This document shows, one piece after another, positions 10,297 through 18,650 of a stretch of DNA of 60,030 nucleotides. Each line of letters begins with the position of its first letter. Within the stretch, counting starts at the first letter, position 1. The stretch is taken from positions 1 through 60,030 of the IMG/VR virus record IMGVR_UViG_3300040815_002799; one strand, written 5' to 3'. Source of the DNA: a virus (lineage: Duplodnaviria > Caudoviricetes). Made by a program: the position numbers and the translations under genes. The notes below the pieces were generated by a model. It had not been told where the DNA came from. It saw only the letters and a program-made list of their open reading frames with translations, and did not search any database.

Positions 10297-11304
10297 GTGA
10301 AAACATTAGTCGTAGACGGCAATAATCTATTCAAGATAGGGTTCCATGGAGTGAAAGACTTTTACTTCAAAGGGAATCATATTGGTGGTATTTTTCATTT
10401 TTTAAATACCTTGAGAAAATTTTTGGACGAATTTAATTATGATAAAGTAATTGTATTTTGGGATGGACAAAACAATTCTATTCGAAGAAAAAAAATAAAC
10501 AATAACTATAAAAATAATAAAAGATCCGACACAAGGTATAACGATCCAAAACTTGATTCATACAACTATCAAATTAATAGGGTCAAAGAATATCTCGAGG
10601 AGATTTTTGTACGACAAGTAGAAATTGATGAGTTAGAAAGTGACGATATGATATCGTATTATTGTTCGATTTCCAAAAACGAATCCAAGACTATTTTTTC
10701 ATCTGACAAAGACCTTACACAATTAATAAATGAAGACGTCAAAGTATATTCTCCAATTGAGAAAAAGTTTTTGACAAAATTTCAAAAAGTCAACATTGAT
10801 AAATTAGAAATTCCATATTATAATGTTGTAACATACAAAATAATTCGTGGTGATAGATCTGATAATGTAAGTGGAATTTATAATCTAGGTGAAAAAAAAA
10901 TTCAAAAGTATTTTCCAGAAATTTTTGAAGAAAAGTTTAGTATTGAACAACTATTAAATAAATCACGAAAATTAATCGAGACCGATAAGAAAAATAAAAC
11001 AATTCAGAATATATTAGAAGGTAAGTCAAAAGAAGGAACTTTTGGTGAAGAATTTTATAAAATGAATAAAAAATTGGTAGATCTTAAAACAGACTACCTA
11101 AAAGATGAAGAAAAAATTAAAATTAAAGAAATATATAATGATGTTATAGATCCAGAAGACAGAGGTTATAAAAATTTATTGAGGATGATGAAAGACGATG
11201 GAATATTCAAATATCTCCCAAAAGATAACACCTGGACCGATTTTATTACACCATTTATGAAACTAACTAGAAAAGAAAAAAAGAAATTTAATCAATCAAA
11301 ATAA
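10297..11304 (+). CDS. 5'-3' exonuclease / T4 RNase H-like flap nuclease
   Basis: LVVDGNN, VFWDG, ESDD, SSDKDLTQL, GDRSDNVSGI motifs; GTG start. Confidence 0.92.
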   Translation: MKTLVVDGNNLFKIGFHGVKDFYFKGNHIGGIFHFLNTLRKFLDEFNYDKVIVFWDGQNNSIRRKKINNNYKNNKRSDTRYNDPKLDSYNYQINRVKEYLEEIFVRQVEIDELESDDMISYYCSISKNESKTIFSSDKDLTQLINEDVKVYSPIEKKFLTKFQKVNIDKLEIPYYNVVTYKIIRGDRSDNVSGIYNLGEKKIQKYFPEIFEEKFSIEQLLNKSRKLIETDKKNKTIQNILEGKSKEGTFGEEFYKMNKKLVDLKTDYLKDEEKIKIKEIYNDVIDPEDRGYKNLLRMMKDDGIFKYLPKDNTWTDFITPFMKLTRKEKKKFNQSK

Positions 11305-11307
11305 AAA

Positions 11308-11760
11308 ATGATGAAAGAAAAAAATGACATAACAAAACTTGAATTCGTTCTGAAATTGAACGACAACATAGTTGTCCAAAGGTTTTTTAACGTTAAGGAA
11401 TTTAATTCTGAAAGCGTAAAAAGTATTGAGTTTTATGATTACTTTAAAGAATTGGCTGAGATGCTACAAGAAAGAATGAAGTATAAAACTCATGATTATC
11501 TGAATGATAATCTTTTTCAGTTGATGGTAGATCCAAACATAATTGAGACGTCAAATACTGATGATGATGAGTATTTTTATCTTATGATAAACTATGGAGA
11601 CCAGACAATTTGTCAGAGATCTTGGAACGCTAAATTGTACCCACCAAAGATCAGATATACCGTTGACATTCGTCCAGAAATAAAAAATATACTTAAAAAT
11701 CTTACTGACATTTTTTCACGAAAAAATATTAGTAGAGAATACATGAATTATACTCTTTGA
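11308..11760 (+). CDS. Hypothetical protein in the replication block
   Basis: 150-aa ORF tightly packed between the exonuclease and helicase; no motif recognised. Confidence 0.75.
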   Translation: MMKEKNDITKLEFVLKLNDNIVVQRFFNVKEFNSESVKSIEFYDYFKELAEMLQERMKYKTHDYLNDNLFQLMVDPNIIETSNTDDDEYFYLMINYGDQTICQRSWNAKLYPPKIRYTVDIRPEIKNILKNLTDIFSRKNISREYMNYTL

Positions 11761-11766
11761 TCGTTA

Positions 11767-11773
11767 TATTTAT
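11767..11773 (+). promoter_or_regulatory. TATTTAT motif, putative late promoter
   Basis: Intergenic copy 24 nt before the helicase ATG. Confidence 0.4.
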
Positions 11774-11797
11774 AATTTACACTACACTAGTTTTATC

Positions 11798-13180
11798 ATG
11801 TCAAAAAATTTAAATTTCGGTTATTTAGGAACTAATTTTCAACTTCAGTTGCTTAATAATATCATTATGACTAGTGATTTTGCGAATACAATTATTGATG
11901 TAATCGATCCAAAATATTTTGATAATAATTATTTCAAATTAATCATGCAAATGATTAAAGAATATTATGTCAAATATGAACATACTCCTTCGTATAATAC
12001 TTTAGAACAAATTGCTAAATCTGAAATTACTTCTGACATAGCTAGAAAAATAGTTATAGATACCATAGGTAATATCAAAGAATGTGATACTGACGGTGAT
12101 ATTTTTGTACAAGAAAAATCTTTGAAGTTTTGTAAACAACAAGAGTTGAAAAAGGTTATGAATAAAGCACAGAACATAATCGATAAGGGTGATTTCGAAA
12201 GTTATGATACACTAGAAGAGATGGTTCGTGGGGCTTTACAAGTGGGTGAGACAGATAAAGGTACGTCAGATGTATTTTTCAACCTAGACACAGTATTAGA
12301 AGACGATTTTAGACACCCGGTACCAATGGGTATACAAGGAATTGATAATTTGTTGAAAGGTGGTTTAGCTAAAGGTGAGATCGGTGTCATTTTAGCGCCG
12401 ACCGGTGTTGGTAAAACAACAGTTTTGACAAAAATTGCTAATAATGCGTTTAACCATGGGTATAATGTACTTCAAATCTTTTTCGAAGATAATCCTAAGA
12501 TAATTCAAAGAAAACACTTCACTATGTGGACAGGTATTGCTCCGGATAATTTAAGTGATCATAAAGAAATAGTATTGAATAAAGTCAGTGAAATAAAAGA
12601 ATCAACAACTAACAAATTAGTTTTAAAAAAATTACCTTCTGATAGTTTGACGATGAATCAAATAAAAAATCAAATTAGAAAAATGATTGCAGAAGGAACA
12701 AAAATTGATCTTGTAGTATTAGATTATATTGACTGTATTAACCCTGATAAAGTTTTAAGTGATGAATGGAAGAGTGAAGGGTCTGTCATGAGAGGGTTTG
12801 AATCTATGTGTCATGAACTAGACATCGTTGGTTGGACTGCAACACAAGGTAATCGATCCTCAATCTCATCTGACGTAGTTACAACTGATCAAATGGGAGG
12901 ATCTATTAAGAAGGCTCAAGTAGGTCATGTTATTATATCAGTGGCTAAAACACTTCAACAAAAAGAAATGAATTTAGCAACTATCGCAATAACTAAATCC
13001 AGAATCGGAAAAGACGGTATTATTTTCGAAAATTGTAAATTCGATAATGAAATGTTAGAGATTGATACTGATCAGAGTGTAACATTCCTGGGTATGGAAG
13101 AGCAAAAAGAAGAAAGAAAGAGAGATCGAATCAAAGATCTCATGGAAAAAAGAAAACAAAGAGAAAATAAATCAATTTAA
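11798..13180 (+). CDS. Replicative DNA helicase (DnaB / T4 gp41 family)
   Basis: Walker A APTGVGKT, Walker B VVLDYID, WTATQGNR, KSRIG motifs. Confidence 0.93.
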   Translation: MSKNLNFGYLGTNFQLQLLNNIIMTSDFANTIIDVIDPKYFDNNYFKLIMQMIKEYYVKYEHTPSYNTLEQIAKSEITSDIARKIVIDTIGNIKECDTDGDIFVQEKSLKFCKQQELKKVMNKAQNIIDKGDFESYDTLEEMVRGALQVGETDKGTSDVFFNLDTVLEDDFRHPVPMGIQGIDNLLKGGLAKGEIGVILAPTGVGKTTVLTKIANNAFNHGYNVLQIFFEDNPKIIQRKHFTMWTGIAPDNLSDHKEIVLNKVSEIKESTTNKLVLKKLPSDSLTMNQIKNQIRKMIAEGTKIDLVVLDYIDCINPDKVLSDEWKSEGSVMRGFESMCHELDIVGWTATQGNRSSISSDVVTTDQMGGSIKKAQVGHVIISVAKTLQQKEMNLATIAITKSRIGKDGIIFENCKFDNEMLEIDTDQSVTFLGMEEQKEERKRDRIKDLMEKRKQRENKSI

Positions 13181-13194
13181 TATATAAATAAAAA

Positions 13195-14475
13195 ATGGGA
13201 GTAACTTACAACAACTATGAAAAAGATTCACGTTACGTAATCAAACGTAATGGGTCAAAAGCACCGTTTCAAACAGATAAGATTGAGAGAGCAATTTTAA
13301 AAGCTATGAATGGTATTAATGAGTCTGATTCCGAAATGGCCGAAAAGATCGCCAGACTGTCAACAAAAGCCCTATTCCGTAATAATAAAGATAGAGTACC
13401 ACATGTTGACGATGTCCATGATATGGTTGAAAATAAATTAATGGATAACGGATTGAATGAAATTGCTAAAGAGTATATTTTATATCGAGCAAAAAGAAGA
13501 AGAAATATATTTTCCAAAAGGACAAATCTTAAACCTTATGAGTACCCAAATCTAAATGATTACGTTGATGCTATCAGACATTCTTATTGGGTACATACTG
13601 AGTTTAATTTTACATCTGATATTCAGGACTTCAAGGTTCATTTGAATGAAAAAGAAAAGACCTCACTTGAAAGGGCTATGTTGGCCATTTCACAAATAGA
13701 AGTTTCTGTAAAGACATTTTGGGGTGACATTTACAAAAGAATGCCCAAACCAGAAATAGGTAATGTAGGTGCGACATTTGCGGAATCTGAAGTTAGACAC
13801 GCAGATGCGTATTCTCACTTGATTCAACTTTTAGGTTTGAACAAAGAGTTCGAAAGTCTTTTACAAGTACCTTCGATAAGAAGAAGGATCAAGTACTTAG
13901 AAAAGTCAATTTCAAATTCTAAATCGGTAGAAAACAAAGAATATTTCGAGTCGGTCGTTTTATTCTCAATGTTTGTCGAAAACGTATCTTTATTCTCTCA
14001 GTTTCTAGTAATTATGTCTTTTAACAAACACAAAAATATGTTAAAAGGTATAAGTAATGCTGTTGAAGCAACTTCCAAAGAAGAAAATATTCACGCTGAA
14101 TTCGGATTTGATCTTGTTAATATGATCAAAGAAGAGAACCCAGAATGGTGGACAGACGAATTAATTGATGATTTAAAAGAGGCTACAAAAGAAGCTTTTG
14201 AAGCTGAACAAGAAATTATAAATTGGATTTTCGAAAAGGGAGATTTAGACTTTTTAACAAAGAGTCAGACATTGGAGTTTATAAAACACAGATTTAATCT
14301 ATCTTTGAATGCTATCGGTATTGATAATTTGTTCCTAATTGACGATACTTTGTTAGAGACCACAGAATGGTTCGATGACGAAATACTTACTACAAAACAT
14401 ACTGACTTTTTTAATAAGAGAAGTATAAATTATAGTAAGAAGTCAAAATCGATCACGTCAAACGATTTATTTTAA
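13195..14475 (+). CDS. nrdB: Class I ribonucleotide reductase beta subunit (class Id / NrdBi-like) with N-terminal ATP-cone
   Basis: ATP-cone VIKRNG...KI..AI...VENKLM...AKEYILYR in the first ~100 aa; ferritin-like ligands QIEVSVK, ESEVRHADAY, VENVSLFSQF, EENIH; tail DFF..RSINYSK. Confidence 0.93.
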   Translation: MGVTYNNYEKDSRYVIKRNGSKAPFQTDKIERAILKAMNGINESDSEMAEKIARLSTKALFRNNKDRVPHVDDVHDMVENKLMDNGLNEIAKEYILYRAKRRRNIFSKRTNLKPYEYPNLNDYVDAIRHSYWVHTEFNFTSDIQDFKVHLNEKEKTSLERAMLAISQIEVSVKTFWGDIYKRMPKPEIGNVGATFAESEVRHADAYSHLIQLLGLNKEFESLLQVPSIRRRIKYLEKSISNSKSVENKEYFESVVLFSMFVENVSLFSQFLVIMSFNKHKNMLKGISNAVEATSKEENIHAEFGFDLVNMIKEENPEWWTDELIDDLKEATKEAFEAEQEIINWIFEKGDLDFLTKSQTLEFIKHRFNLSLNAIGIDNLFLIDDTLLETTEWFDDEILTTKHTDFFNKRSINYSKKSKSITSNDLF

Positions 14476-14492
14476 TAAAAGAAAAATATATA

Positions 14493-16199
14493 ATGAATAA
14501 TAGAAAAGCATTCGAATGGATAAATGAAGAATCCATTACCTTTTTAAAAAGAGGTTATTTAAGTGAGGGTGAACAACCTTTAGAGAGAATTAAAACAATA
14601 GCTGATCATGCTGAAAAACTTTTAGGTATTGAAGGTTTTTCAGAAAAATTTTATGAATACATGGGTAAAGGATGGTATTCACTTTCCTCACCTGTCTGGG
14701 CAAACTTCGGAAAAGTTCGAGGATTACCTGTAAGTTGTTTTGGTTCTAATATAGGTGATAATATAGAATCTATATTATACACTCAAGCAGAAGTTGGTGA
14801 AATGAGTAAAATGGGAGGAGGAACCTCTGGTTATTTTGGTAACATAAGAGAAAGAGGTGCTGAGGTAACAGATAATGGTCACGCACCAGGTGCAGTTCAC
14901 TTTATGAATTTATTCGAAAGTGTTGTTGACAACATATCACAAGGATCAACTAGAAGAGGAAGATTTTCACCTTACTTACCATTAGAACACCCTGATATAA
15001 TGGAATTCCTTGAAATTGGTACAGAAGGTTTCCCTATTCAAGATCTGACACATGCTGTCACAGTTACTGATCAGTTCATGCAAGAGATGATAGATGGTGA
15101 CGATGAAAAAAGAGCTATTTGGGCAAAAGTGATTCAGAGGAGAGGGGAAATAGGTTATCCATATATTATGTTTACTGATACGATGAATAATAATTCACCA
15201 GAAGTATATCAGGATAAAAATGCAAAGATTTATAATTCAAATCTTTGTTCTGAAATTGCTTTACATAATTCAGAAGAGGAATCATTTGTGTGTGTTTTGT
15301 CATCTATGAATCTATTACATTATGATGAATGGAAAGATACCGATGCTGTAGAAGTACTTACATATTTTCTAGATGCGGTAGTCACTGACTTTGTTAAGAA
15401 AATTGAAGACATAAGAGATAACGGTACTATTGAAGGTTCAAGAGCTTTCTTTTATTTAGAAAAGGCTTATAACTTTGCAAAAAGACAGAGGGCTTTGGGA
15501 TTGGGTGTATTAGGTTGGCACTCATTACTCCAATCAAAAAATTTACCGTTTGACAGTAGAGATACTGCTAGGTTGAATGTTGAGGTTTTCAAAAAAATAA
15601 AAGAAAAGTCTTATCAAGCATCTGAGGAGTTGGCTCAAAAATATGGTGAACCAGAGTATCTTGAGGGTTATGGAAGAAGAAATGTCACATTAAATGCAAT
15701 TGCACCGACAACGTCTTCCGCTTTTATTCTCGGACAAGTATCGCAATCAATTGAACCTATTTGGTCTAATTGTTATGTAAAGGATGTTGCTAAAATGAAG
15801 GTAACAATTAAAAATCCTGTTTTAGATAAGTTGTTGACTGACTTGGGTAAAAATGAAAAAAGTGTGTGGAGTAGTATCAAAAAAAATGATGGATCTGTAC
15901 AACACCTTGATTTTTTGACTGATGAACAAAAAGAAATATTCAGAACTTTTGCAGAAATAAATCAAGCTTCTATTATCAACCAAGCTGCGATTAGACAAAC
16001 ATATATAGATCAATCACAATCACTTAATTTAATGGTATCTCCAGATATGCCAACCCGTGATGTGAATAAATTATTAATAGATTCGTGGAAATTGGGAGTA
16101 AAAACACTGTATTACCAACACTCTATGAATTCAGCACAAGCATTTGCAAGAAAGAAACTTAACTTAAATGATCTACAATGTGTAGCGTGTGAAGGATAA
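14493..16199 (+). CDS. nrdA: Class I ribonucleotide reductase alpha subunit, short form without ATP-cone
   Basis: PVSCF, SNLCSEI, FVCVLSS, APTTSS, KTLYY and C-terminal CVACEG. Confidence 0.95.
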   Translation: MNNRKAFEWINEESITFLKRGYLSEGEQPLERIKTIADHAEKLLGIEGFSEKFYEYMGKGWYSLSSPVWANFGKVRGLPVSCFGSNIGDNIESILYTQAEVGEMSKMGGGTSGYFGNIRERGAEVTDNGHAPGAVHFMNLFESVVDNISQGSTRRGRFSPYLPLEHPDIMEFLEIGTEGFPIQDLTHAVTVTDQFMQEMIDGDDEKRAIWAKVIQRRGEIGYPYIMFTDTMNNNSPEVYQDKNAKIYNSNLCSEIALHNSEEESFVCVLSSMNLLHYDEWKDTDAVEVLTYFLDAVVTDFVKKIEDIRDNGTIEGSRAFFYLEKAYNFAKRQRALGLGVLGWHSLLQSKNLPFDSRDTARLNVEVFKKIKEKSYQASEELAQKYGEPEYLEGYGRRNVTLNAIAPTTSSAFILGQVSQSIEPIWSNCYVKDVAKMKVTIKNPVLDKLLTDLGKNEKSVWSSIKKNDGSVQHLDFLTDEQKEIFRTFAEINQASIINQAAIRQTYIDQSQSLNLMVSPDMPTRDVNKLLIDSWKLGVKTLYYQHSMNSAQAFARKKLNLNDLQCVACEG

Positions 16200-16202
16200 A
16201 TT

Positions 16203-16227
16203 AAACCCATCGAGAGATGGGTTTTTT
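16203..16227 (+). terminator. Intrinsic terminator after nrdA
   Basis: AAACCCATC-GAGA-GATGGGTTT followed by TTT; GNRA tetraloop. Confidence 0.88.
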
Positions 16228-16245
16228 ATTAAACAAAAACTGAAA

Positions 16246-16252
16246 TATTTAT
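16246..16252 (+). promoter_or_regulatory. TATTTAT motif, putative late promoter
   Basis: Immediately after the terminator and 5 nt before the ATG of the gp25-like gene. Confidence 0.6.
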
Positions 16253-16257
16253 AAGTT

Positions 16258-16743
16258 ATGAGTGAATCACTAACTTACGGTATAAATTTTCCGTTCAGAC
16301 AAAGTACTAGAGGGAAGTACCTTTCATTATCTCAAAATCCAGATGAGGAAATAAGAACTGATTTAATTCATCTTATACTAACTAGAAAAGGAAGTAGATA
16401 CTACTTGCCTGATTTTGGAACCAGACTTTACGAATTCATTTTTGAACCAATGGATGGTGCTACTTTCGAATCAATTAGAGAAGATTTAAGAAGTGCAGTA
16501 GAAACATATCTACCAAATGTAATTTTAAATAACATTGAAATTGTACCTTATGTTGATGATAATAATCAAACTCCAGGAGACATAACTTTTCCAGAAGGTA
16601 TTAGTGATAATGAGTCTAAGACATTCGATATTTATAGATCTGCCAGTGAAGAATCGGTGGAATATACGGCAAAAGTAAAAATAGACTACACCATTCAAAG
16701 TGATACTTTTGAAACAAGAGATTTTATAATACTTAATATTTAA
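16258..16743 (+). CDS. Baseplate wedge protein, T4 gp25 / GPW-like
   Basis: GINFPF, LILTRKGSRYYLPDFGTRLYEFIFEP, AVETYLPNV motifs. Confidence 0.9.
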   Translation: MSESLTYGINFPFRQSTRGKYLSLSQNPDEEIRTDLIHLILTRKGSRYYLPDFGTRLYEFIFEPMDGATFESIREDLRSAVETYLPNVILNNIEIVPYVDDNNQTPGDITFPEGISDNESKTFDIYRSASEESVEYTAKVKIDYTIQSDTFETRDFIILNI

Positions 16744-16747
16744 AAAA

Positions 16748-18586
16748 ATGGCAAACAGAAAAATTTCATATACCGAAAGAGATTTCGAAGGACTGAGACA
16801 AGACCTCATAAATTTTACACAACAATATTATCCTGAGTTAATAAGTAATTTCAATGACGCTTCCGTTTTTTCAGTACTTATGGATTTAAATGCCGCAATC
16901 GGTGACAATTTACATTATCATATTGACAGAAGTATTCAAGAAACTGTCTTACAGTATGCACAACAAAAGTCATCGATCTTTAATATTGCAAGAACATATG
17001 GTCTTAAAATCCCTGGTAACAGACCCTCAGTAGCAATTTTAGATGTCTCAATAACGGTTCCGGCATTTGGTGATTCTGAAGATGAAAGGTATTTGGGAAT
17101 TGTTAGATCCGGATCTCAATTCATTGGTGGTGGTCAAATATTCGAGAATCCTGATGATATTAACTTTGCTTCCCAATATAATTCAAAAGGATTTCCAAAT
17201 AGAACAAAAATTCCAAACTTTGATAGTAATAATAAACTAATAAACTACACAATAACTAAACGTGAAGTTGTAGTTAATGGTGTATCGAAAACTTTCAAAA
17301 GAGTTATAACACCAGCAGACGTTAAACCATTTTTTGAATTTTTTCTACCAGAAAAAAATGTTATATCAATAACGGATGTAATACAAAAAGACGGAACAAC
17401 GTTTACAACACCCCCAACATATGAGGATTTCATAAATTCAACTGATAAGTGGTATGAAGTCGATGCCCTTGTTGAAGATAAAGTTTTTATAGAAGACACG
17501 ACAAAATCTAGTGATAATCCTGGTATAAAGGTTGGTAGATATATCGATACAGAGAATAGATTTATAAGTGAGTTTACCCCGTTGGGTTACTGTAAATTGA
17601 CCTTTGGTGGTGGAACTACAACCCCCGATGACCAATTGGCTCAATTTGCCAGAACAGGTATACCACTTAGATTACAGGACTATCAAAACAATATAGGTTT
17701 AGGTTTAACTGTTAAAGCAAATACAACATTATTCGTCAAATACAGAATTGGTGGTGGACAGACATCTAATGTTGGGGTAAACACAATAAACCAAATAGGT
17801 ACAGTCAATTTCAATGTTACAGGACCATCTCAAAACATTAATCAGACAGTCATTGGAAGTTTAAGATGTAATAATGTATCTGCGGCAATTGGAGGTGGTG
17901 ATCTTCCTACAACGGAAGAAGTTAGAAACATGGTCACATATAATTTTGCAGCACAAAAAAGGGCGGTGACCATAAACGACTATAATTCTTTAATAAAGAC
18001 TATGCCTAGTAAATATGGTGCACCTGCAAAGGCGTCTATAACTGAAATTGACAATAAAATAAATATCCAACTCTTGTCTTATGATACTACGGGATCATTG
18101 ACAGAATCGGTATCGAATACATTGAAAGAGAATGTTGCAAAATATCTATCAAATTACAGAATGATAAATGATTATATTTCAGTTAGTAGTGCTAAAGTAA
18201 TTGATCTTGAAATTGACTACTCTGTAATTTTAGATGGTGCACAAAATCAAGGTGATATAATTACAAATATTGTAAATACGACACAAACTTACTTCAGACC
18301 AACTTCGAACGAATTAGGTAGAAATATAAATATTTCCGATCTAAGAAGGACTATTCAAGATATTCCTGGAGTAACAAACATCGCAGATTTAAAAATATTC
18401 AATCTTGTGGGGGGAAGATATTCTTCATCTCAAACATCTCAACAGTATTTAGATAAGGAAACTCGGGAAATAAGATTAATTGATGATACAATATTTGCTG
18501 AACCTAATCAGATCTATCAGATAAGATTCCCACAAAATGATGTAAAGGTTAGAGTCAAGAATTTGACTGACGTACAATTTTCATAA
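16748..18586 (+). CDS. Baseplate wedge protein, T4 gp6 / baseplate J-like
   Basis: RDFEGLRQDL, AQQKSSIFNIARTYG, LTFGGG, YRIGGG...NVG, GGGD, AQKRAVTINDY motifs; follows the gp25-like gene. Confidence 0.88.
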   Translation: MANRKISYTERDFEGLRQDLINFTQQYYPELISNFNDASVFSVLMDLNAAIGDNLHYHIDRSIQETVLQYAQQKSSIFNIARTYGLKIPGNRPSVAILDVSITVPAFGDSEDERYLGIVRSGSQFIGGGQIFENPDDINFASQYNSKGFPNRTKIPNFDSNNKLINYTITKREVVVNGVSKTFKRVITPADVKPFFEFFLPEKNVISITDVIQKDGTTFTTPPTYEDFINSTDKWYEVDALVEDKVFIEDTTKSSDNPGIKVGRYIDTENRFISEFTPLGYCKLTFGGGTTTPDDQLAQFARTGIPLRLQDYQNNIGLGLTVKANTTLFVKYRIGGGQTSNVGVNTINQIGTVNFNVTGPSQNINQTVIGSLRCNNVSAAIGGGDLPTTEEVRNMVTYNFAAQKRAVTINDYNSLIKTMPSKYGAPAKASITEIDNKINIQLLSYDTTGSLTESVSNTLKENVAKYLSNYRMINDYISVSSAKVIDLEIDYSVILDGAQNQGDIITNIVNTTQTYFRPTSNELGRNINISDLRRTIQDIPGVTNIADLKIFNLVGGRYSSSQTSQQYLDKETREIRLIDDTIFAEPNQIYQIRFPQNDVKVRVKNLTDVQFS

Positions 18587-18629
18587 TTATATACTTTACT
18601 TATATCTTAATTAAATTATTGAGATAAAC

Positions 18630-18636
18630 TATTTAT
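18630..18636 (+). promoter_or_regulatory. TATTTAT motif, putative late promoter
   Basis: Intergenic copy 14 nt before ATG 18651. Confidence 0.45.
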
Positions 18637-18650
18637 TGTAAAAATATTTT

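Noticed and set aside
13183-13190. TATAAATA (exact T4 late consensus) 4 nt before nrdB
   Set aside because: Isolated occurrence in a pure A/T gap; not distinguishable from chance, so not called as a feature.
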